Assembly (NCBI GenBank): GCA_037383205.1
Contig: JARRPE010000009.1
Coordinates: 1 to 32,809 of the forward strand
DNA: 32,809 nt
From: Methyloceanibacter sp.
GTDB lineage: Bacteria; Pseudomonadota; Alphaproteobacteria; Rhizobiales; Methyloligellaceae
Direction of reading: 5' to 3'
Of this stretch, positions 18,777 to 25,891 are shown piece after piece. Position 1 is the stretch's first letter. Each line of letters begins with the position of its first letter. The position numbers were made by a program, and so were the translations under genes. The notes beneath the pieces are model-generated. The model had not been told where the DNA came from, searched no databases, and worked only from the letters and a program-made list of their open reading frames with translations.

Positions 18777-19926
18777 GTCCGGTCCTAGTCCGTTTGCGGC
18801 GGAGCCTGCCCCATTGCAGCGGTGGCTGTCCATCGTCGGCATCGGTGAGGACGGCATCGAAGGTCTTGGACGCGTCGCCCGCGACCTCATCGAGAACGCG
18901 GAGATCGTGTTCGGCGGCGTGCGCCACCTCGCGCTTGCAGCGCCCCTCATCCACGGCGAAGCCAAACCGTGGCCCTCGCCCTTCTCTCAGGCACCCGGCG
19001 AGGTGGTTGCCTTGCGGGGGCGCCGCGTGTGCGTGCTCGCCTCCGGCGATCCTTTCTTTTATGGCGTGGGCGCGACGCTCGCGGGCCATGTCACGGCCGA
19101 CGAGACATGGGTCGTGCCGGCCCCGTCGGCCTTCAGCCTTGCCGCGGCGCGGATGGGCTGGCCGCTGCAAGAGGCCACGGTCGTGTCCCTGCATGGCCGT
19201 GCGCTCGACCGGATACGGCCTCACTTACATCCGGGAGCCAAGCTCCTCGCTCTCACGTCGGACGCCGAGGGGCCCACGGCCTTGGCGCAACTCCTCACCA
19301 AAACAGGCTTCGGCCCATCACGCCTGACAGTGCTGGAGGCCTTGGGCGGGAGCCGCGAACGCGTCCGGACCTCGGAAGCGCGAGACTTCGGCCTCGCCGA
19401 TATCGCCGCGCTGAACACGGTCGCTCTCGAGGTTGTTGCGGATCCCGGCGCGGGCGTTCTGGCCTTCACCCCGGGGCTCGACGACGACCTGTTCGAACAT
19501 GACGGGCAGATCTCGAAGCGCGAAATCCGGGCGCTGACCCTTTCGTCGCTCGCCCCCCGGCATGGCGAGCTCTTGTGGGATGTCGGCGCCGGCTCCGGGT
19601 CCGTTGGCATCGAGTGGCTCTTGGCGCATCCGTCGTTGCATGCCATCGCGATCGAGGCGGATGAGGCGCGCGCCGCACGGGCCGCGCGCAATGCTGCTGC
19701 CTTCGGCGTGCCACACCTCGATGTGAGACACGCCCGCGCGCCGGAAGCGCTCACCGATTTGCCTGAACCCGTGACGCTCGAGACGGAATCGGAACTCATC
19801 GCGCGGCATGCGGCGCAGGGCGGAACGCTGACGCGCGTGGCCGTATCGCGCGCGGAGGCCGTCGGCGGAAAGACCGGCTGGCGCTCGGCAATGCCCGTGA
19901 CGCAATGGACTTGGGAGAAGACATGA
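18775..19926 (+). CDS. cobL: Precorrin-6Y C5,15-methyltransferase (CbiE+CbiT fusion) with an apparent internal deletion
   Basis: [55 protein letters not shown]; 383 aa. Confidence 0.92.
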   Translation: MSGPSPFAAEPAPLQRWLSIVGIGEDGIEGLGRVARDLIENAEIVFGGVRHLALAAPLIHGEAKPWPSPFSQAPGEVVALRGRRVCVLASGDPFFYGVGATLAGHVTADETWVVPAPSAFSLAAARMGWPLQEATVVSLHGRALDRIRPHLHPGAKLLALTSDAEGPTALAQLLTKTGFGPSRLTVLEALGGSRERVRTSEARDFGLADIAALNTVALEVVADPGAGVLAFTPGLDDDLFEHDGQISKREIRALTLSSLAPRHGELLWDVGAGSGSVGIEWLLAHPSLHAIAIEADEARAARAARNAAAFGVPHLDVRHARAPEALTDLPEPVTLETESELIARHAAQGGTLTRVAVSRAEAVGGKTGWRSAMPVTQWTWEKT

Positions 19927-20309
19927 TTGTCGCTGGAATTGGCTGCCGAAAAGGCGCCACGGCCAAAGAGATCAATGCTGCCATCGAGGCGGCCCTTGCA
20001 GAGGCGGGACAGTCGCGCGACGCGCTCACCGCGCTCGCCACGTCGGACGGCAAGGGCGGCGAACCCGGCCTGATCGATGCCGCCGCCGCCTACGGTCTTG
20101 GCCTCGTCCTGATCAAGCCTGCGGCGCTGGAAGCAGCGGGGCCCCGCACGCAGTCCTTCTCACCGAGGGTGAAGGAAATGTTCGGCGTGCCGTCCGTGGC
20201 CGAAGCCGCCGCGCTCGCAGCGGCTGGACCGGACTCCACCCTGTTCGGCCCCCGGACGATTGTCGGGCCCGTGACCTGCGCCATCGCGGGCACCGCACCG
20301 AACACGTGA
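19923..20309 (+). CDS. cobE: CobE / CbiG C-terminal domain protein
   Basis: [29 protein letters not shown]. Confidence 0.9.
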   Translation: MIVAGIGCRKGATAKEINAAIEAALAEAGQSRDALTALATSDGKGGEPGLIDAAAAYGLGLVLIKPAALEAAGPRTQSFSPRVKEMFGVPSVAEAAALAAAGPDSTLFGPRTIVGPVTCAIAGTAPNT

Positions 20310-21067
20310 CCGTTCACTTCATAGGCGCAGGGCCCGGCGCCGCGGATCTCATCACGGTTCGCGGCCGCGATCTCCTCGCGCGCTGCCCCGTGTGCCTCTA
20401 TGCCGGCTCCATCGTCTCGGAGGATCTGCTCGCCTATTGCCCGGCGGACGCGCGCATGGTCAACACGGCGCCGATGTCCCTCGACGAAATCGAGGCGGCG
20501 TACGTCGCGGCACATGAGGACGGGCACGACGTGGCGCGGCTTCATTCCGGAGACCTGTCCGTTTACAGCGCGGTGGCCGAACAGATGCGGCGGCTTGATG
20601 CGCGCGGCATTCCCTACACGCTAACGCCAGGCGTCCCGGCTTTCGCGGCGGCGGCGGCGGCGCTTCGGTGCGAACTGACGGTTCCGGAGATCGCACAAAG
20701 CTTGGTTTTGACCCGCGTGTCCGGCCGGGCTTCGAAGATGCCGGACAGCGAGAGCCTCGAAGCCTTCGCCGCAACCGGTGCGACGCTCGCGATCCATCTG
20801 GCCATTCATGCTCTTCCCGCAATCGTCGAGACGTTGCTGCCCTTCTATGGCGCGGATTGCCCTGCCGCCATCGTCGCCCATGCGACCCATCCGAACGAAA
20901 AAATCCTTCGCGGAACGCTCGATACGCTTTGCGCGCAGCTTGAAGCGGACCCCATCGAACGGACGGCAATGATCCTGGTGGGGCCGGCACTTGCCGCCTC
21001 CGACTTCAGAGAGAGCGCGCTCTACGATCCGGACTATCGCCGCCGCTATCGGGGAGGCCCCGCATGA
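20306..21067 (+). CDS. cobM: Precorrin-4 C11-methyltransferase
   Basis: [38 protein letters not shown]. Confidence 0.97.
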   Translation: MTVHFIGAGPGAADLITVRGRDLLARCPVCLYAGSIVSEDLLAYCPADARMVNTAPMSLDEIEAAYVAAHEDGHDVARLHSGDLSVYSAVAEQMRRLDARGIPYTLTPGVPAFAAAAAALRCELTVPEIAQSLVLTRVSGRASKMPDSESLEAFAATGATLAIHLAIHALPAIVETLLPFYGADCPAAIVAHATHPNEKILRGTLDTLCAQLEADPIERTAMILVGPALAASDFRESALYDPDYRRRYRGGPA

Positions 21068-22191
21068 GCGAAGGGCGCGCGGCCGACAAGCTGAGCCTGC
21101 CGATCGAAGACCAGGATCTCGACGGCCACCGGCTTGTCCTCGACGACCTTCAGGGCGGTCTGTTGCGCGCGCCGCGCGACTTCGTCGCCGAGCGGAACCC
21201 CTTCCGCCGCCGCATGACCGAACGCCTCCGCCGCCGTATTGGAGGCCTCGATCCGCGCGGAGAGATCCGGCGATCCGCCAGCCGCCCGTGCCAAGGATGC
21301 CAGGACTTCGAGATCGACGGCGCCGCGCTTGGAGTGGAGGTCCAGGAGGCCTTGGGCGAGCTTGGTCATCTTGGCCACGCCGCCCGCAATCGTGACGCGC
21401 GGCACGGGATGCGTTTTGACGTATTTGAGCGTACCGCCGACGAAATCCCCCATATCGATCAGCGCCGACTCGGGCAAACCATAGAGCGCCTGCACGGCGC
21501 GCTCGGAGGTCGATCCGGTCGACGCGGCGACATGATCGAGACCCGCCGCAAGGGCGACATCGATGCCGCGGTGGATGGAATGGATCCACGCCGCACAGGA
21601 GTAAGGGATGACGATTCCCGTCGTGCCGAGGATGGACAGACCGCCGAGAATGCCGAGCCGTCCGTTCAACGTCTTCGCTGCAAGCGCTTCGCCGTTGGCG
21701 ACCCCGATCTCGACTTCCACGTCGCAGGGAACGCCGTTCTCATCGGCGACGTCGTTCAAGGCCTGACGCATCATTTGACGCGGCACGGGATTGATCGCGG
21801 GCTCGCCGGGCGGAATGGGCAGGCCCGGCTTCGTTACCGTGCCGACGCCCGCGCCTGCGCGAAACGTCAGCCCCGCGCCCGGGCTTCCGTGCCGGACGGT
21901 CGCCAAGACCAGCGCACCATGGGTGACGTCGGGGTCGTCGCCCGCGTCCTTGACCACGCCGGCCGTCGCAGATTTTGCATCGGCTTCGGTCGTCGCGAGC
22001 GCGAAGGCGGGCCGCTGACCGCCCGGCAGCACGATGTCGACGGGATCGGGGAATGTGCCGGTCAGCAGGGCCGTGTACGCAGCCTTGGCCGCGGCGGTGG
22101 CGCAGGCGCCCGTGGTCCATCCCTTGCGGAGCTGGCGGCCGGAGTCTTTCCTGCCCAAGCCGGTGTCCGCGTCCGTGCCAAACTCGTCCAT
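21046..22191 (-). CDS. cbiD: Cobalt-precorrin-5B C1-methyltransferase
   Basis: [56 protein letters not shown]. Confidence 0.96.
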   Translation of the reverse strand: MDEFGTDADTGLGRKDSGRQLRKGWTTGACATAAAKAAYTALLTGTFPDPVDIVLPGGQRPAFALATTEADAKSATAGVVKDAGDDPDVTHGALVLATVRHGSPGAGLTFRAGAGVGTVTKPGLPIPPGEPAINPVPRQMMRQALNDVADENGVPCDVEVEIGVANGEALAAKTLNGRLGILGGLSILGTTGIVIPYSCAAWIHSIHRGIDVALAAGLDHVAASTGSTSERAVQALYGLPESALIDMGDFVGGTLKYVKTHPVPRVTIAGGVAKMTKLAQGLLDLHSKRGAVDLEVLASLARAAGGSPDLSARIEASNTAAEAFGHAAAEGVPLGDEVARRAQQTALKVVEDKPVAVEILVFDRQAQLVGRAPFAHAGPPR

Positions 22192-22198
22192 GCCCAAG

Positions 22199-22227
22199 CC
22201 TATAAGGCGCAAACGCAGCGCCGTCAC
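22199..22227 (-). promoter_or_regulatory. Putative leaderless promoter of cbiD
   Basis: Minus strand GTGACG-17 bp-TATAGG-7 nt-ATG(22191); no Shine-Dalgarno. Confidence 0.5.
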
Positions 22228-22241
22228 GTCGGGGCCGCGCC

Positions 22242-23555
22242 ATGAGCGCCTCGGGGCTGGTTATCGCCGCGCATAAATCGGGCGCCGGAAAAACCACGCT
22301 GACGCTAGCGCTGCTGACTGCCTTGAAACGCCGGGGCCTCGCCGTGCATGCGGCCAAGGCGGGACCGGACTATATCGACCCCGCCTTCCATGCCCGTGCA
22401 ACCGGCCACGGCAGCGTCAACCTAGACAGCTGGGCGATGCCGCCCGGCATGCTGGACATACTGCTGCGGGAGACGGCAAGCGCGGCCGATATCGTCGTGG
22501 TGGAAGGGGTCATGGGACTGTTCGACGGGATCGCCGGCGCCCTCGGCCGCTCGGGCGCGACCGCGGACCTTGCGGCCCGTTTCGGGCTCCCCGTCGTCTT
22601 GGTGATCGACGTGACCTCGCAAGCCCAATCCGCCGCGGCCCTTCTGAGGGGCTTCGCCACCCACGACCCGGACGTAGAGATCGCCGGCGTCATTCTCAAC
22701 CGCGTGGCGAGCGCGCGGCATGCGCGGCTGGTGTCCCAGGCCGTCGAGGCGCTGAGCATCCCCATTCTTGGAATGCTGCCGCGCGACACGAGCGTCACGC
22801 TGCCCGAGCGGCATCTGGGTCTCGTCCAGGCGGGGGAGCATGACGATCTGGACGACCGGCTTGCGGCGCTCGCGGACCTCGCCGAGACCCGTCTCGACCT
22901 CGATGCGATCCTCGCGCTGGCGCGGCCACCTCGCCTTCAAGAAGACGCTGTCTCCGGCCGGCTGCCGCCGCCTGGGCAGCGCATCGCCGTGGCCCGCGAT
23001 GCGGCCTTCACGTTCCTCTATCCCCATCTCGTTCAGGGCTGGCGGGACCAAGGCGCGACCCTGGTTCCGTTCTCGCCGCTGGCGGATGAAGGCCCCGATC
23101 CCGGATGCGATTCATGCTGGCTTCCGGGCGGCTACCCGGAACTCCATGCCGGGCGGATCGCCGCCGCGGACACCTTCAAGACCAAAATCGCGGCGTTCGC
23201 CGAAACGCGGCCCGTCCACGGGGAGTGCGGCGGCTATATGGTGCTGGGTCAGGGGCTCGTGGACGCGAACGGTGTGCGCCATGCGATGACCGGCCTTCTA
23301 GGCCATGCCACGAGCTTTGCGGACCGTAAGCTTCATCTCGGCTATCGCGCGGCGCAGCTCCTGGAGCCGTGTGTGCTCGGCGACAGAGGCGCGCATGTCC
23401 GCGGTCATGAGTTCCACTATGCCCGCGTGATCGAGCCTGGCGATGATGCCCCTTTGGCCGCGCTCGCCGATGGCGAAGGCAATTCGATGGGCTCCGCCGG
23501 GGGCCGGCGCGGCACAGTCACCGGCACGTTCTTCCATGCGATTGCGGCGGCGTAG
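22242..23555 (+). CDS. cobB: Cobyrinate/hydrogenobyrinate a,c-diamide synthase
   Basis: SGAGKTT, GPDYIDP, EGVMGLFDG, ERHLGLV, LPGGYPEL, GECGGYM, RGHEFHY. Confidence 0.97.
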   Translation: MSASGLVIAAHKSGAGKTTLTLALLTALKRRGLAVHAAKAGPDYIDPAFHARATGHGSVNLDSWAMPPGMLDILLRETASAADIVVVEGVMGLFDGIAGALGRSGATADLAARFGLPVVLVIDVTSQAQSAAALLRGFATHDPDVEIAGVILNRVASARHARLVSQAVEALSIPILGMLPRDTSVTLPERHLGLVQAGEHDDLDDRLAALADLAETRLDLDAILALARPPRLQEDAVSGRLPPPGQRIAVARDAAFTFLYPHLVQGWRDQGATLVPFSPLADEGPDPGCDSCWLPGGYPELHAGRIAAADTFKTKIAAFAETRPVHGECGGYMVLGQGLVDANGVRHAMTGLLGHATSFADRKLHLGYRAAQLLEPCVLGDRGAHVRGHEFHYARVIEPGDDAPLAALADGEGNSMGSAGGRRGTVTGTFFHAIAAA

Positions 23556-23564
23556 CAGTACGAC

Positions 23565-24584
23565 CTAGGACGCCGATTTGCCCGAGACCTGAGCTTCCTC
23601 GAACGTGGCCATGCCCGTGTGGCAGGCGAGGGCCGCCCGAAGAATGAGGAGCGCCACGCTCGCGCCCGTGCCTTCGCCGAGTCGCATGCCGAGATCGAGA
23701 AGCGGCGTCATGCCGAGTTCGCGCAACAGCAGCTCGTGACCGGCGTCTGCGGACTTGTGACCGACCCGCGCGTGGTCGAGCGCATCGGCCCGCAGCGCCT
23801 TGAGCGGGGCCACCGCCGACGAGCTCACCATGCCGTCGATCAGCACGGGCACCCGCTTGTGACGGGCAGCAAGACACGCGCCCATCATGGCGGCCAGTTC
23901 GCGGCCCCCGACGGCGGCGGCCGCCCGTAACGGATCCCCTAGAACGTCTGAGTGGCAGAGCAGGGCCTGTTGGATCACGGCGCGCTTGCGGCCGAAGCCA
24001 TCTTTGCCAACGCCCGTGCCGGTGCTGATGAAGCGCGCGCCGCCGCCAAACAGCGCCCCGGACAAGGCCGCGGCGGCGGTCGTGTTGCTGATGCCCATTT
24101 CGCCCAGAATGATCAGGTCCGCATCCTCGGAAACCTGGTCGTAACCCGTCCCCACGGCGTTCATGAACTCGTCCTCGCTCATGGCGGGCGCGTCGGTGAA
24201 ATCGGCGGTCGGCCGGTCGAGATCGAGCGGCGTCACGCGTAAGTTCGCCCCATTGACGCGGGCGAGCTGGTTGATGGCTGCGCCACCGGCGGAGAAGTTG
24301 GCCACCATCTGCGCGGTGACCTCGGGCGGATAGGCTGAAACGCCTTGGGCCGCGACGCCATGATTCCCGGCGAAGACGAGGATCTCGCATTTGTCGAGGG
24401 CGGGCGAACTGCGCCCCTGCCATGCGGCAAGCCAGGCCGTCAGTTCCTCCAACCGGCCAAGGGACCCCGGCGGCTTGGTCAGCTGGGCTTCGCGCGCGGC
24501 GGCGGCATCGGCGGCGGATTGGTCGGGCGCGGGCAGGTCGAGACAGGCGGCGCGCAACTGCTTGAGAGAAGAAAATCGAGACAT
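23565..24584 (-). CDS. cobT: Nicotinate-nucleotide-dimethylbenzimidazole phosphoribosyltransferase
   Basis: LTKPPGSLGRLE, FAGNHGV, VSAYP, GEMGISNTT, MRLGEGTGA, MATF. Confidence 0.94.
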   Translation of the reverse strand: MSRFSSLKQLRAACLDLPAPDQSAADAAAAREAQLTKPPGSLGRLEELTAWLAAWQGRSSPALDKCEILVFAGNHGVAAQGVSAYPPEVTAQMVANFSAGGAAINQLARVNGANLRVTPLDLDRPTADFTDAPAMSEDEFMNAVGTGYDQVSEDADLIILGEMGISNTTAAAALSGALFGGGARFISTGTGVGKDGFGRKRAVIQQALLCHSDVLGDPLRAAAAVGGRELAAMMGACLAARHKRVPVLIDGMVSSSAVAPLKALRADALDHARVGHKSADAGHELLLRELGMTPLLDLGMRLGEGTGASVALLILRAALACHTGMATFEEAQVSGKSAS

Positions 24585-24637
24585 TTCAGCGTAGGGTCGC
24601 AATAAGACGTCTGGAAAGACAGGAGGATTTGGACTTT

Positions 24638-25387
24638 ATGGGCGGCATTAGCACGGACCTAAGAGCGGGCCTAGCCTTTTGCACGCGGCTGCCTGTCACG
24701 GCACCGTCCCATGCGCGCCTGGCCGACGCCGCCTGGACGTTCCCGATCGCGGGCGCGGTGGTCGGCCTCATCGGCGGCCTCGTCCTGTATGTGGCGTTGG
24801 CGCTCGATCTCCCGCCCTTTGCCGCGGCGACCCTTGCCATCGCCGCAACTGCCTTGGCGACGGGGTGCCTGCACGAGGACGGGCTCGCCGATACGGCCGA
24901 CGGGTTCGGCGGCGGCAATGAGCGCGCGCGGGTGCTCGAGATCCTGCGCGACAGCCGGATCGGAACCTATGGCGTCATTGCGCTGATCGTGTCGTTCCTC
25001 TTGCGCGTCGGCGCGCTGGCAGGCCTCGCGGGCGCCGGCGCAGGGACCGCCGTGCTGGCGCTGATCGCAGCGCATGCGGGCGCACGGAGCACGTTGCCGC
25101 TTCTCATGCGGGCGTTGCCGCGCGCGCGCGACGACGGGCTTTCGGCGGGTGCGGGGCGTCCGAGCACCAACGTGGTTGCCGGCGCACTCGCCTTAGGGGT
25201 TGTCGTGACCCTGGTCTGCCTTGGATTCTTCGCGACCCTGGTTTCTGCGGCTCTGCTTGCGGTGGCGTTGCTGTTCCTCTCCCGCATGGCCATCCGGAAG
25301 ATCGGCGGCCAGACCGGCGATGTGCTGGGTGCGGCGGAACAGACCGGTGAGGCCTTGATCCTGCTCACGGCCGCGGCGCTGCTCTAA
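24638..25387 (+). CDS. cobS: Adenosylcobinamide-GDP ribazoletransferase (cobalamin synthase, CobS/CobV)
   Basis: FCTRLP, TGCLHEDGLADTADG, DSRIGTYG, GGQTGDVLGA; AGGAGG RBS. Confidence 0.95.
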   Translation: MGGISTDLRAGLAFCTRLPVTAPSHARLADAAWTFPIAGAVVGLIGGLVLYVALALDLPPFAAATLAIAATALATGCLHEDGLADTADGFGGGNERARVLEILRDSRIGTYGVIALIVSFLLRVGALAGLAGAGAGTAVLALIAAHAGARSTLPLLMRALPRARDDGLSAGAGRPSTNVVAGALALGVVVTLVCLGFFATLVSAALLAVALLFLSRMAIRKIGGQTGDVLGAAEQTGEALILLTAAALL

Positions 25388-25530
25388 TTCAACGACCCTG
25401 TTCCCGGGACCGGCAGGGATACCAAATCGCCAACAGCCGAATTAGTCGGCTGAAGGACCGACGTGCTACGATGTTCGTGTCGTTGCATGAGAGCAGCCTC
25501 GAAGCATCCGGCCAGAAGGAGTTCTCTCCC

Positions 25531-25812
25531 ATGCGAATTGCGATTGCAGCCCTTCTTGCGATTGGCGCGTCCTGGTTTGCCCTGGCGCCCGCAAACGCCG
25601 CCCCCGCGCCACTGACAGGCACCGCCTCCCATGCGATTGCCGCGGACACGGGATCGCTAGCCATGACGGTCGCCAAGCGCTCAAGAAAGTCCGTCTCCCG
25701 CAGCACGCGGAAATGCGGCTGGCAATGCAAGCGCTACTATCGCCCGTACCAGTACCGCTATTGGAAGTTCTACTACCCGTTTGGCGGTCCGCTGTTCTAC
25801 TCGGGGCGCTAA
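25531..25812 (+). CDS. Small secreted protein with Cys/Tyr/Arg-rich C-terminus (93 aa)
   Basis: AAGGAG RBS; signal peptide ending ANA-AP; tail KCGWQCKRYYRPYQYRYWKFYYPFGG. Confidence 0.8.
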   Translation: MRIAIAALLAIGASWFALAPANAAPAPLTGTASHAIAADTGSLAMTVAKRSRKSVSRSTRKCGWQCKRYYRPYQYRYWKFYYPFGGPLFYSGR

Positions 25813-25820
25813 TCGCGCTC

Positions 25821-25848
25821 GTCGGACGGCAATAGTCGGACGACAATA
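25821..25848 (+). repeat. 14-bp tandem direct repeat GTCGGACG(G/A)CAATA x2
   Basis: GTCGGACGGCAATA followed by GTCGGACGACAATA, intergenic. Confidence 0.85.
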
Positions 25849-25891
25849 AAAGTGTGACACCGTGCGTTGCCCTTGTGGCAGAGTGCGCCGC

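Noticed and set aside
25396-25452. Intrinsic terminator after cobS (CCCTG/CAGGG and CAGCCGA/TCGGCTG hairpins)
   Set aside because: Short stems without a U-tract; not supportable as a terminator.
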